From NCBI GenBank assembly GCA_047601445.1, contig JASGJH010000001.1, positions 5,152,001 to 5,216,000 of the forward strand: a stretch of 64,000 nt of DNA, in the 5' to 3' direction. The first letter of the stretch is position 1. Each line of letters begins with the position of its first letter. This DNA is from Myxococcales bacterium (GTDB taxonomy: Bacteria > Myxococcota_A > Polyangia > Polyangiales > DASUME01). A model generated the notes under the pieces. The model did not search any database. It had not been told where the DNA came from and worked only from the letters and a program-made list of their open reading frames with translations. The translations under genes and the position numbers were made by a program. Shown piece by piece: positions 1 through 11,000 of the stretch.

Positions 1-1
1 G

Positions 2-967
2 GGCAAGCCGCTCAGCGCGACCGACGTGGGCGATGGCGATGGCGACGGCGACGTCGGTGACGGCGATGTCGGTGACGGCGACGCAGGCCACAACGGCTCC
101 GACGCAGCGACTGGCGACGGCGACATGATGGCGGGCGACGGTGGCCACGTGCATGACGGCGGTCCGCCGGGCTCCACGCGTGCTGATGTGCAGGTCTGCC
201 TAGGTGCAACCCATGGCTGTCGCCTTTTCCCGGACGACGAGCTGGCGTGCTGGGGTAACAACGACGAGTTCCAAACTTCCCTCAGCGGTCCCGGCTTCAA
301 ACAGGTCGCGTGCGGCGACTACCACACGTGCGCGCTGAGCAACGACGGCAAGATCAGCTGTGCTGGTCGCAACCAAGACGGTCAGCGCACGGCTCCTAGC
401 GGCATGTTCTTGGCGGTGGCAGCTGGGGACGCGCACTCCTGCGCGCTCAAGCCCGACCACACTGCCCAGTGCTGGGGCAAGAACTCTGACGGTCAGGCTT
501 CGGCACCAGCAGGCGTCGCGTTCACCACCCTCGCGGCCGGCGGCGGCTTCTCGTGCGGTATCCGCATGAGTGACTCCAAGATTCAGTGCTGGGGCTCGAG
601 TGCTTCCAATCGCTTGAAGGCCCCCACGGACGTCACCTTCAAGGCCCTCGACTTGGGCCCCGACTACGGCTGCGGCATCGCCGGCGACAACAGCGTGCGC
701 TGCTGGGGCAGTGTCTCGTACGCGGCGCCGGACGTGCAGGGCGCAATCGCCATCGCGGCGGGCTCCTACGCCTGCGCGGTGCTGGACACCAAGGGCGCCA
801 CCTGCTGGTCCCCGCAGCCGGCGGTGGTCCTCACCAACATGTACTTGAACGTCGCGGCGGGTCCGAACGGCTTCTTGCTCACGCCTGTCACGGGCGAGCC
901 AGAGTTCCACCCCATGGAGGAGCCGGCGTACGGCGTCCCGCCGATTCCGTTCTACGAAGGGCTCTGA
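2..967 (+). CDS. RCC1/BLIP-II repeat beta-propeller protein, 5'-truncated by window edge
   Basis: Frame is open from position 2. Repeated RCC1-type units (VACGDYHTCAL...ISCAGRN, VAAGDAHSCAL...AQCWGKN, LAAGGGFSCGI...IQCWG) follow a GDGD linker. Confidence 0.85.
   Translation, partial: GKPLSATDVGDGDGDGDVGDGDVGDGDAGHNGSDAATGDGDMMAGDGGHVHDGGPPGSTRADVQVCLGATHGCRLFPDDELACWGNNDEFQTSLSGPGFKQVACGDYHTCALSNDGKISCAGRNQDGQRTAPSGMFLAVAAGDAHSCALKPDHTAQCWGKNSDGQASAPAGVAFTTLAAGGGFSCGIRMSDSKIQCWGSSASNRLKAPTDVTFKALDLGPDYGCGIAGDNSVRCWGSVSYAAPDVQGAIAIAAGSYACAVLDTKGATCWSPQPAVVLTNMYLNVAAGPNGFLLTPVTGEPEFHPMEEPAYGVPPIPFYEGL
26..140 (+). repeat. Coding GGCGAY hexamer repeats (Gly-Asp linker)
   Basis: ggcgatggcgatggcgacggcgac...ggtgacggcgac encodes GDGDGDGDVGDGDVGDGD, typical of myxobacterial exported-protein linkers. 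Confidence 0.8.
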
Positions 968-1056
968 AGGCTGGGGCTGGGTGCGGGTCGGGATCGTACG
1001 CGGGGACGAGGACGCGCACGGGCACGTTTAGATCGACGAAGACCGGGCCCGTTTGG

Positions 1057-2226
1057 TCACAGGAAAATCCCGATATCCAAGAACACACCCGCCACGAAGT
1101 ACAGGTTGCGGTCCGAGCTGCAGGACTGAGGGTCGGGGCAACCATTGGGATTGATGGGGTGCTGGTAGCCGGCGACCGGCACCGAGAGTCCGACGCGACC
1201 GCCCACGCCGATCGACAGCCGTGAGAAGCCCCAGCGGTAACCGACGTCGAACTGCGGGATCAACGCATGCGTGCCGTAGGTGGCTCTATCGACGGCACCG
1301 TCACGCGTCTTCACGAACACGTACTCGAGGGCTGGGCCGCCGAACAGGCCGCGCAGGTTGCCCTTGCCCGCCGAGAAGATGTGCATGCCGGCCGCGGCGC
1401 CGATGCCCCACTGGAAATCATCCTGGTTGCGGTCGAGCAAGTAGTAACTGAGCAAGCCCGTGTTGAGCGGGCGCAGGCGCAGGTAACCGGACAACTTCTT
1501 GCCGACTTCGATGGTGGGCGTGATGCCGAACTGGAAGCCACCGAGCACGTCCACGCTGAGATTGGCGATGGAGTCCTTGAACTTGTCGGGCTTCTTCTTT
1601 TTCCCCTCGGACTCTTCCACCGGACGCAGCACGCACTCGCCTTGGTCGGTGCAGATCTCACCGTCGAAGCACACCGGGTTGCACTTGGAGACGCACTGGC
1701 CACGGATGCACGTGAAGCCCGAGCGACAATCCGGGTAGCACTGGTTCGGATCTTCCTCGGTCCAGGCAGATGCGCGCGTGGTGCTCTGAGGAGGCTTCTG
1801 GGTTTGCACGCAGACGCCACCCTCGGAGCAGATGGTGCCATCGGGGCAACCGCGATCACAGGTGGGGAGGCACTCGCTGCGCACGCAGGCATAGCCGCGG
1901 CGGCACTCGGGCTCGCACACGTCGCTGGCGGGCGCGGGCGCTGGAGCGGGTCGCGACTGCTTCGGTTGGGCGCGCGGACGTGATTGCGCAGGCTGGCTGT
2001 CGCCGCTGTTGTCCCAATCGTCGTTGTCTTGAGCGATCGTCGAATCCGTAAGGCAGACCGAGAGCGCAAGCAGCGCCCAGATGTCGAAGCGCGCCCTCGG
2101 GCGACGCGAGCTCCGAAAATCGATGCCAACGGAGGAACTTCGAACCTCCGTTCGTCTCCTGATTCGCGACACTCGAAGCCTCCTTCTAACGTGCTGGGCC
2201 ATAGGACGCGCACTGCGCGTGGTCAA
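1057..2226 (-). CDS. Exported Cys-rich protein with C-terminal outer-membrane beta-barrel-like domain (true start uncertain, probably downstream of 2226)
   Basis: Signal-like IWALLALSVCL, two Cys-rich modules (CEPECRRGYACVRSECLPTC; CYPDCRSGFTCIRGQCVSKC), then amphipathic beta strands ending in FLDIGIFL. Confidence 0.65.
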   Translation of the reverse strand: MTTRSARPMAQHVRRRLRVSRIRRRTEVRSSSVGIDFRSSRRPRARFDIWALLALSVCLTDSTIAQDNDDWDNSGDSQPAQSRPRAQPKQSRPAPAPAPASDVCEPECRRGYACVRSECLPTCDRGCPDGTICSEGGVCVQTQKPPQSTTRASAWTEEDPNQCYPDCRSGFTCIRGQCVSKCNPVCFDGEICTDQGECVLRPVEESEGKKKKPDKFKDSIANLSVDVLGGFQFGITPTIEVGKKLSGYLRLRPLNTGLLSYYLLDRNQDDFQWGIGAAAGMHIFSAGKGNLRGLFGGPALEYVFVKTRDGAVDRATYGTHALIPQFDVGYRWGFSRLSIGVGGRVGLSVPVAGYQHPINPNGCPDPQSCSSDRNLYFVAGVFLDIGIFL

Positions 2227-2273
2227 CGGAGCTGTACCCCGAACACGGGATAGACGACTTGTGATAAGGCAGG

Positions 2274-3597
2274 GTGAACTTTGTGAGATCCATCGTTGCG
2301 AAGGTGCTCCTTTCGCTCTGCCTGCCCTTGCTCGCAGTGCTCGCCCTCTGGATCTGGATCCAGATCAGCGACCGTCCGCTCGCGGGCCTGCACGTGGCGG
2401 GTGAACCCGTGGGCGGTAGCCGTGAAGAGATACTCCAAGCGCTGGAGGCGCGGGCCTTCACTTGGGGTGAAGCCAGAGATCGCCGTGACCATCGAGGGTG
2501 TACAAGGGGTCAGGCGTGTTCGTCGTTCGGACCTGGGAGCAAGCTTGCTTCCGAGCGCTGTGGAGCCGGCCCTCATGAAGGCTGGCCGCTCGGGCAACCC
2601 GCTGCTGGATTTGGCGTCGTGGTATGCGGCACGCACGGGCTCCCTCGACGTGCGCTGGCTGCCCCACCTGGAGAACGCGAAGCTCTCTGCCTTCGTGGAC
2701 ACCGCCCAGACCTATGCCGAAGTTCACCCCATCGCAGGTATCACCGACGGAGCAGGCTTCAGTCTGCCCGGCCGCGATGGGCAGGCGCTCGACCATGGCT
2801 CGTCGATGCTGCTCTTGAGCCGCGCGCTGCACATGGGTACCACCAGCGTAAAACTGCCGGTGAAACGCATCCCGGCACCGGCCCCCATCAAGATGGCTTC
2901 ACCGGATGGAGCGTTGTTTGCGGGCACGGAAGAGGAGACCTCTCAGCCGCCCCCGCCTCCCCCTCCGACACGTCCGCAGTCCAACGATCACTGCTACTCC
3001 GATCCGCCGCAGCGTCCGTTTTGCGATGGTCCCCGCAACGTGCCCGAACCGTATGGAGCCGCCCTCGACCTCGCGCGCAGCCTGAGCCTCGGCGAGCTAG
3101 GCACGGTAAGCGAACTCACCCGCCGCGGTCCCAAGGCCGAGTGGACCCGCGCCGCGGGACACGACGATGGGAGCCTCTTCGATTTTCCGGTCCAGGCCGG
3201 CAAGGTGGGCCGAGGCTACGGCTACGTGCGCAAGGGCGACCTCCGCGATCGCATTCACCCAGGCATCGACATCGTGGCTCCGGCAGGAACCCCCATCGTG
3301 GCCGCTTCGCCCGCCATCGTGGCCTACAGCGACAACCACGTGCGCGGCTACGGAAACCTGCTGCTCCTGGTGCATCCCGACGGCACGTACACGCTCTATG
3401 CACACTGTCAGCGCATCCTGGTGTTTGCAGGGCAGCGCGTGGAGCGCGGTCAACAGGTGGCCGAGGTGGGCATGACGGGCTTGGCCATGGGCCCGCACTT
3501 GCACTTCGAGTACCATGACGCGAGCGGCAGCGCGGCCGATCCCATGCCGCACCTCCTTCCTGTGGCAGGGCAACGCGTGGCCCGTGTCACTCACTGA
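2274..3597 (+). CDS. Membrane-anchored M23 family metallopeptidase with PG-binding-4-like N-terminal domain; +1 frameshift at ~2475
   Basis: N-terminal TM lies in the 2274 frame and the remainder in the 2296 frame. M23 motifs HPGID, YAH and GPHLHFE are present. Removing A2475 gives ...WGEAEIAVTIEG... Confidence 0.8.
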
Positions 3598-3647
3598 GTC
3601 GCGCTCGCGTCGAGGCGCAGGCCCCGAGCAACCAAGAAAGGTCTGAT

Positions 3648-5003
3648 GTGCTTCGCGGTATCCCGCGCCCCGTAATTTTCGCCGTGGTGCTGCTCGCCCT
3701 GCCGGTGCTGTCGCTGTGGGCGTGGCCATGGTTCGGGCTCGGCATGCTGCCTGGCATTCGCGTCGGCGAGTTCGAGCTGCCGGCGAGCGGCTCGGTGGAC
3801 AACTTCTTGAGCGAGAAGGCGCGGCTATGGGCCGAAGAGAGCCTCACGGTGGAGGCTGGCTACCACGTCTGGCATCCCACACGGGCGGAGCTCGGGGCGA
3901 GCCTCTCGGTGGAAGATGCGCAGGAGGCCATCGCGCGCGTGGGCCGCTCACCGAGCCCCTTCGTGGCGGTATTCGCCTGGATTCAGGGCGCTTTCGGGGC
4001 CGGTCACCGGGTGCGCTGGCGGGCGCGCGTCACGCAGGAGAGCGCCGTTCAGGAGTTCGTGCAGCGCGTGGTCGATGAAGTCGATCGCCTGCCCATCCCC
4101 GGCAGCTTCGATCCCGACGGCAAGCCCATCGACGGCCTGCCCGGCGAAGCGGTGGATCCTCAAGAAGTCGAACGCGCCCTCCGCGCGGCCTTGGCGCGCA
4201 ACGCGACCAAGCTCCACGTCGCCACCATCGTCACGCCCGCGCCGCACTCGCGCCGCCGCTTCAGCAACCCCGTGTCTGACGCCAGCGTGTTGATGGTGCG
4301 CCAAGAGACCAACTACCGGCCAGGCCAGGGACGCGCCACCAACATCGAGCTGGCCGCCAAGAAGATCGACGGCACGCTGGTGATGCCCGGAGCAGTGCTC
4401 TCGTTCAATCAGGTGGTGGGCAAGCGCGACGCGGCACGGGGGTTCGCACCCGCGCTCGAGCTGATGAACGGCGAGGTCGTGGAAGGCGTCGGCGGCGGTG
4501 TATGTCAGGTCGCCGGCACACTGCATGCCGCGGCGTTCTTTGCGGGTCTCATCGTGGAGGAGTACCGCCCGCACTCGCGACTCAACCAGTTCGCCTACCT
4601 GCGTCCGGGCCTCGACACCATGGTGGCCTGGCCGGACCACGCGACCGACCTCTCGGAGACGAAGGACATGCGCGTGCGGAACCCCTACCCTTTCCCCATC
4701 GTGGTGCGCGCGAGCACGGAGCGAATCGGCCCGGGGCAAGGGGTGCTGCGGGTGGATCTCTACGGCGCGGCCAAGCCTTTCCGGGTGGACTTCTCGTTCC
4801 AGGAGCTCGAGCGTGTACCCGCGAGCGAGATCCGGCGTCCCGATCCCACGGTGGCGCGGGGCGAGGAACGCGTACAGCAGCAGCCATTGGACGGCATCGT
4901 GATCTTGCGCAGTCGCACCATCTTCATGCCCACGGGAAGAGTGGAAGAAGAGACGAAGGTGGCGTACCCGCCGACGCCGAAGATTGTGTTGGTGGGAGCA
5001 TAG
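3648..5003 (+). CDS. VanW family protein (TM, PG-binding-4-like, VanW, G5-like C-terminus)
   Basis: RATNIELAAKKIDG, LSFNQVVG, GVGGGVCQVAGTL and YRPHS are VanW motifs. Confidence 0.9.
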   Translation: MLRGIPRPVIFAVVLLALPVLSLWAWPWFGLGMLPGIRVGEFELPASGSVDNFLSEKARLWAEESLTVEAGYHVWHPTRAELGASLSVEDAQEAIARVGRSPSPFVAVFAWIQGAFGAGHRVRWRARVTQESAVQEFVQRVVDEVDRLPIPGSFDPDGKPIDGLPGEAVDPQEVERALRAALARNATKLHVATIVTPAPHSRRRFSNPVSDASVLMVRQETNYRPGQGRATNIELAAKKIDGTLVMPGAVLSFNQVVGKRDAARGFAPALELMNGEVVEGVGGGVCQVAGTLHAAAFFAGLIVEEYRPHSRLNQFAYLRPGLDTMVAWPDHATDLSETKDMRVRNPYPFPIVVRASTERIGPGQGVLRVDLYGAAKPFRVDFSFQELERVPASEIRRPDPTVARGEERVQQQPLDGIVILRSRTIFMPTGRVEEETKVAYPPTPKIVLVGA

Positions 5004-5038
5004 AAAGGCGTGCGGCGGGAAACTAACCGCAAGCCTCC

Positions 5039-6607
5039 TCACCCCTGGGACTTACTCCCCGAGTTCGTATCCGTGCTGCCCATGGCGGATAGGTAGGTTC
5101 GCGCGAAGGCGCGCCCCAGGAACGCACGCTGGTAGCGATCGCCGTCGACGAGGCCCTCGTAGACGGCCACGAAGCGCCGCCACAGGCGCTGCTCGGGGCC
5201 ATCCCGGGAACTGATGCGCTTCCACAATCCAGGCGACGACTCGGACTGCTCGATCTCCGCCGGATCGATGCCTTCGGCCTCCGCGATGGCGGCCGGCGAC
5301 AAGGTCTCGAGCAACTCGCGTGCGCCGCCGAGGGTGGCCTTGAAGAGCGCGAACTCGTGCACCACCACCTCGCGCGCAACCTCCTCGAGCTCGCCCAGGC
5401 GCTCTTCCCAGTCTCCCTTGGGATTCAGCAGGTAAGCGAGCACCACGCGGCCATCGTCGCTGCGGATCACCGAAGCGCGCGGGGCGCGACCGAGCCAACG
5501 CGCGCGCACCGACTGCTGCGCGTCGTTGATCTCGGCGAAGGACTGCGAGAGCACCTCGAGCAGGGCCAGCACGCGCTGCAGCGTGAGCCCCGTGTCGAGG
5601 TGGAACTTGGGCGGCAAGATGCCCTCGGCGACCCCGCGCAGCCAGGCACTGATCTCCGGGATGTCGATCTTGCGCGGCTCGATGCCGTGGCGCTTGAGGA
5701 GCTCGCGGAACTCGGCCTCGTAGGCGATCTGCGGGTAGCGCCGCTGCATGTCGTCGGCGATGGCCTGGCGCGCCTCCGGGCCCGCGGCCTCGAGGGTAAC
5801 GCTGAGCCCTGCGAACAAGTGAGACCAGGCGCTGCGATAATTGGCGTAGTGCCACTCGGGATCGCCCGAGGTCTCGCGCCCTACGGGCGGCTGCGCCGAA
5901 CGGGCCGGCGCGGGCTCGCTCCGGGGCCTGGCCGCAGGGCTTTCGGAGGGGGACGAAGGCGGGGCCGTGGGCGCGGGCTCGCTGCGCGGGGACACACGGG
6001 CCTGCGTGCCGTCGCCCTGCAAGCCAATGATCCGCTGAGCCGAGATTTGAACACCCGGGGGCACCTGCTGCGGGGCCGCGGGGGTGCGGGCAGGCGCGGG
6101 CGCGGACGGCTTGGCCTGCGCGGGACTCGGGCTCGCTTCGGGTGTCGGCGCGGGGGCCTTGGCCGCTTGGGCAGCCTGGACAGCCGCCTGCACAGCTTGG
6201 AACGCCGCGCGATCGTCCGCGCCTAACCACATCGTCTTGGCGACCTCGGGCTGCGCCACCGCGGGCTTGTGCTTGCCCTTGCGCCGCACGTCCGCCTCCG
6301 GGACGGGCTCACGCGAGAAACGCAGGATCAGCCCACCGATGCGCAGCGGGACCTCCGCCGAGATCGTGAGCTCGTCGTGCGCCGCTGCCTCGCGATCGCC
6401 CACGAACGTCACGTTGGTGGAGCTCACGTTGCAGTAGGTGATGCCGCGGTCGTCGAAGCGTACGGTCCCTTGCCAGCGGGAGACGAAGGCTTCGGAGAGC
6501 TGCAGCTCGGCGAGTGGACTTCGTCCGATGCGGACGGGGGAGTCAGCGAACGCATAGCGCCGCTTCTGACCGGAAGCAGACTCGACGGTGACTACTAGCG
6601 GAAGCAC
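5039..6607 (-). CDS. tagH: T6SS-associated FHA domain protein (TagH/Fha)
   Basis: FHA motifs VRIGRS, VSRWQG and SSTNVT, a Pro/Ala linker, and a TagH-like C-terminus (VVHEFAL, LSPAAI, FLGRAFARTY). GTG start chosen at 6607. Divergent from tssJ. Confidence 0.8.
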   Translation of the reverse strand: MLPLVVTVESASGQKRRYAFADSPVRIGRSPLAELQLSEAFVSRWQGTVRFDDRGITYCNVSSTNVTFVGDREAAAHDELTISAEVPLRIGGLILRFSREPVPEADVRRKGKHKPAVAQPEVAKTMWLGADDRAAFQAVQAAVQAAQAAKAPAPTPEASPSPAQAKPSAPAPARTPAAPQQVPPGVQISAQRIIGLQGDGTQARVSPRSEPAPTAPPSSPSESPAARPRSEPAPARSAQPPVGRETSGDPEWHYANYRSAWSHLFAGLSVTLEAAGPEARQAIADDMQRRYPQIAYEAEFRELLKRHGIEPRKIDIPEISAWLRGVAEGILPPKFHLDTGLTLQRVLALLEVLSQSFAEINDAQQSVRARWLGRAPRASVIRSDDGRVVLAYLLNPKGDWEERLGELEEVAREVVVHEFALFKATLGGARELLETLSPAAIAEAEGIDPAEIEQSESSPGLWKRISSRDGPEQRLWRRFVAVYEGLVDGDRYQRAFLGRAFARTYLSAMGSTDTNSGSKSQG

Positions 6608-6704
6608 GGAGTATTTCGCTCTTACTGCGTCACCCCAAACGAGGCAAGCACCGTGCGCCAGCACGCTTGAATCACCACCCCGAATCGGCAATGCTCGCCC
6701 GCCA

Positions 6705-7262
6705 ATGATGAGGAATTTCTGGGGGCGTCGGCTCGAGTATCCACTCGAGACCGGATGGCCGCTCGTATTCTTGGCGACACTCCTGTGCCTGGGTTGCGGC
6801 GGCAGCAAGCCGCCACCGCAGTGCGAGCGCCCCGAGATCGTGGAGCTCACGCTGGCACCCGAGCCCAGACTGAACCCGGATCGCGAGGGCAATCCGCGCT
6901 CCGTGGTGATCCGCGTCTTTCAGCTCAACGGCGCCGACGCCTTTTATCAAGGTAGCTTCCAAAGCCTGTGGGCGAGCGCCAACCCGAGCGGTCCCCTGCT
7001 CGCTGCGCCCGACGAGTACACGCTCATCCCCGGCAAGCAAGAAGTCTTGCGCATCGCTCGCCATCCCAAGGCGACCCACCTCGGCCTGGCGGCCAACTTC
7101 CGCGAGCAGGTGAGCGACAACTCCTGGCGCGTGGCCATCGAGCTGCCCGCTCCGCAAAACCCCTGTGAGAGCGAGGAAGAAGACCCCATCGCCGCCCACC
7201 CGGTGGTGCGCCTGATGGAGTACACGATGCGCCTCTGGCGCAGCCAAGGCGAGCAACCATGA
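6705..7262 (+). CDS. tssJ: T6SS lipoprotein TssJ
   Basis: Lipobox LCLGC; LNPDREGNPRSVVIRVFQL; LGLAANFRE...WR. Confidence 0.9.
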   Translation: MMRNFWGRRLEYPLETGWPLVFLATLLCLGCGGSKPPPQCERPEIVELTLAPEPRLNPDREGNPRSVVIRVFQLNGADAFYQGSFQSLWASANPSGPLLAAPDEYTLIPGKQEVLRIARHPKATHLGLAANFREQVSDNSWRVAIELPAPQNPCESEEEDPIAAHPVVRLMEYTMRLWRSQGEQP

Positions 7263-8086
7263 AGGCCCGAGCCAAGCGTCCTCGCCTCGAAGACTTCGAC
7301 GACCTGGGCGATCCCGCGCCCGAACCAGGCCCAGGCCCGGTCTCGCAGATCAACAAGCGCAAGGGCGTGGGCGGTGGCGATCCCGCGGTCGCTCAGCGTC
7401 TGCACGAAGCCGTGCGCCCGTGCCTCACCACGGTGCTGCAAATCCACAGCCTCAAGCGCGATCGCAAGCCGCCTCCCGAGACTGCGCAGCCTCACATGCG
7501 CCAGCTCCTGGCCACCACCATGAGCCGGCTCGAGGCGCTCAATCTGTCGCACGAGGAGCTGCAGGACCTGCGCTATGGGCTCGTGGCCTTCATCGACGAG
7601 TTCATGCAGGCCGATCCTGGGCGCCTGCGCGAGTTCTGGCAGGCCAACCTGCTGCAGCTCGAGTTCTTCGGGGAAACGCGCGCCGGTGAAGGCTTCTTCG
7701 AGCGCCTGGAGCACGCCAAGGCCGAGAACCGTCAGAGCGTGATGCGGGTCTACTACCTGTGCCTCTTGTTCGGCTTCCAAGGCATCTACGGCCAACACGG
7801 CGAGCTCGAGCGCGAGAACCTCATCGAGAGCCTCAAGGATGCGCTCGGTCAGCGCTCGCGCGTCTCCCCCACGCTCTCGCCCCACGGGGATCGCCCCGGT
7901 GAGGCCGGCGTGGACCGCACGCGCAACCGGCTGTTGCAGTGGTTGGCCGTGGCAGCCGCGAGCATGGCGGTCATCTGGTACTTCGGCCTCTTGTTCACCA
8001 TCGACGCGCAAGAACACACGCTCTCGGACGACCTCCAGGGGGCGTACGAAGACGTCAAAGCCGGCATCGTTTCGCCGGGTCGTTAG
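7259..8086 (+). CDS. tssL: T6SS TssL/DotU (no OmpA extension)
   Basis: YGLVAFIDE, LQLEFFGETRAGEGFF, YYLCLLFGFQGIY and a C-terminal TM. ATGA overlap with tssJ. Confidence 0.92.
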   Translation: MKARAKRPRLEDFDDLGDPAPEPGPGPVSQINKRKGVGGGDPAVAQRLHEAVRPCLTTVLQIHSLKRDRKPPPETAQPHMRQLLATTMSRLEALNLSHEELQDLRYGLVAFIDEFMQADPGRLREFWQANLLQLEFFGETRAGEGFFERLEHAKAENRQSVMRVYYLCLLFGFQGIYGQHGELERENLIESLKDALGQRSRVSPTLSPHGDRPGEAGVDRTRNRLLQWLAVAAASMAVIWYFGLLFTIDAQEHTLSDDLQGAYEDVKAGIVSPGR

Positions 8087-8095
8087 GGGTAGGCG

Positions 8096-11000
8096 ATGCA
8101 AACTCGAATCCTCGCCATCGCGCTCTGCCTGCTGGGGCTGTGCTTCGTGGGCTTTGCGTGGTGGGTGTACTTCTCTTCCGGCGGACAGGTGCACTGGGGT
8201 ATCCCCACGCTGGCCACCGCGTTTCCCTTGGTGGTCACCTTGCTGGTGGTGCTCATTCCGCGCCTCTCAGCGCGGCAGGGAGCCGCCAACCTCGAGCGCG
8301 CCCTGTCGAACGAAGCGATGCGCGAGCAGCGCTCCAACAGCGCCCGGGCCCCCGAGATCGAGCGCCTGCGCAACGAGTTCGAGCGGGCCGTGGGCGCGCT
8401 CAAGAATTCCCGCCTCGCCAAGGGCCAGGGCTCGAGTCGCGACGCGCTCTATCGCCTACCCTGGTACACCATCATCGGTCCGCCCGCGAGCGGCAAGACC
8501 ACCGTGCTGCGCAACTCGGGGCTCAAGTTCCCGCACCTCACCGGCACGGGCGACCGCCTCAAGGGCGTGGGCGGCACGCGCAACTGCGACTGGTGGCTGA
8601 CCAACCACGCGGTGTTGCTCGACACGGCGGGCCGCTGGACCCTGGAAGAAGACGACCGCGGCGAATGGCTGGCCTTCCTGGACCTGCTCAAGCGCCACCG
8701 CGGGAAGCAGCCCCTCAACGGCGTCATCGCCGCCATCAGCATCGCGGGCGACGAAGAGACTTCGCTGGCCGGGGTCGACATCGAGGGCGTGAAGATGTTG
8801 GCCGGGCGCGTGCGCGAGCGGCTCGACGAGATCACGGGCCGGCTCGGCGTGGCACTGCCGGTGTACCTGATGTTCACAAAGTGCGACTTGATCAGCGGCT
8901 TCGTCGAGACCTTCGGTGAGATGACCCCGGCCGACCGACGCCAGATCTGGGGCTTCACGGCGCCACTTCTGCGCAACGACTCGGTCTCTGCGGGCACCTT
9001 CTTCAGCGACCAGTTCAAGACCCTGCAAGCCTCCGTGGAGCGCTACGCGCTGTCGCGCATGGCCCAGGAAGTACGGCCCGACGTCACCTCGCGCATCTTC
9101 GAGTTCCCCGCACAATTCGCGGCCATCGAGGACAAGCTCACGGCCTTCGTCGACGAGCTGTTCGAGGAGAGCGCCTACGGTGAGTCGCCCATTCTGCGCG
9201 GCGCCTATTTCACGAGCGGCACCCAGGAAGGTTCGCCTGCGGACTTCTTGCTCAGCGACATCGGGCGCGCGCTCAACATCCGTGCCCCCACCGACGAGAG
9301 CACGGGCGAGAAGAAGAGCTACTTCCTGCACGACATGTTGATGCGCGTGGTCTTCGAGGACCGCTCGCTCGCCTCCGCGAGCCAGGAGGAGATGCGCCGA
9401 CAGGCCAAGCAACAGCGGGTCTGGACCTCGGGCTTGTTCGGCTTCGCCACGCTGGTGGCCTGCCTGCCGACCTTGTCCTGCCACAACAACCTCGAGTCCC
9501 TGGAGCGCACGCGCACCACGCTGACCCAGTCGCAGGAGGACGTGGGCCTCGAAGGGAACTCCACCACGCCCCACAAGGTGGACCGTCTGCTCGAGCTGCA
9601 GGCCGAGGCAGCGCGCTACGAAGGCGGCCTGCCCTCGGTGGCATTCAGCTTCGGGCTCTACCAGGGCGATGACATCAAGACCCCGCTCCTGCGTTACTAC
9701 GACGTGGCCTTGCGCGAGTGGCTTGTGCGTCCGCTGCTCAACCGCAACAACGAGCGCCTGATCACCATCACCCAGCAGCTCGAGGCCCTGCGTGCGGAGG
9801 GCTCCCCCACGCGGCTGGGTGAGAAGGAGCAGCAAGAGCTACTCGACGCCCTGCAGCTCCACCTCTTGCTCACTACACCCCGCGAGGACTGCATTCCCAA
9901 GGCCCTGGCGCGCAAGGACTGGATCCTCGGCCGCACCCAGGATCTCTGGCAGCAGGCCCAGGAGGGCGACAAGGACGAGCAGGCCAAGCGGCGTCAGCTC
10001 CTCACGCGCTACATCGAGCGCTTCGCCGTGGCCCCCGAGGACCTCGCATTGAGCAAGGACCGGAGACACGTGGAGCTCGCGCGCGCGGCCCTGGGTTCCG
10101 ACGACAAGGTGGCGCAGCTGCTCAACGGTCTGATGCCTCGCTTCGCCAAGGACGACCGCGATCTCAACAGTTTGGTCGGCGCCACCACCACCCTCGAAGG
10201 CCGCAACAAGCTGCCCGGTGCGTTCACCGCCGACGCCTGGCGCCAGACCACCCGCGACGTGAACTCCACGCGCCTGTGGAACACCTCCGACGAGAACTGG
10301 GTGCTCGGTTGCGGGGCCAGCGACGCGCAGCAGCTCACCGCGGCCCAGCGCAGCTCCGAGTTCCAAATCGAGTTCCTCAAGCGCTACGAGGAAGCCTGGC
10401 GGCAGTTCCTCTCGGGCATCACTTCGCGTACGCCCAGCAACGCCACCGAAGCCGAGATCATGCTCAGCGAGATGGTGGGCCGCCCCGGCGCGCTGGGCAC
10501 GTTGTTCCAGCGCGTAAAGGAGAACACGGAGCTCCCGCCGGCGCCCGTGGAGGAGTCCGCCGTGGACCAGGTCCAGGGCGCGCTCGCCGACAAGCTCCCG
10601 GCCGGTGTGGCCGACAAGGCCAAGCAGCTCACGCACGGTCCGAAGCAGCGCAGTGCCCAGGCCGCCAACGACGCCGTGGAGCGCCTCAAGCGCAACTTCG
10701 CCGAGTTCACGGGCTTCGGTGTGTCTGGCCCCGAGGGGCTCGAGGTTCCGCTCGAGGCCTACCGCAAGCAAATCGAGCCCGTGCTCTCCGCACTCAAGGC
10801 CTACCGCAACGACGAGACCCAGCTGCCGGCGCTGACCACCGCCGTAGGCACGGCGCTCGAGAACGTGGAGCTCCTGCTGAGCCGCTTCCCGAGCACCTGG
10901 AACCCCATCTTCCGCGAGTTGCTCGTGCCGCCGTTGAGTGGCGTGGCGGCGATGGGCCAGCGTGACCGCGGCGAGCAGGTGCAAAAGCTGTGGTGTCAGA

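Noticed and set aside
6640..6670. Sigma54 promoter for tagH (minus-strand TGGCGCACGGTGCTTGC)
   Set aside because: GG-to-GC spacing is 8 or 12 nt, not the required 10.
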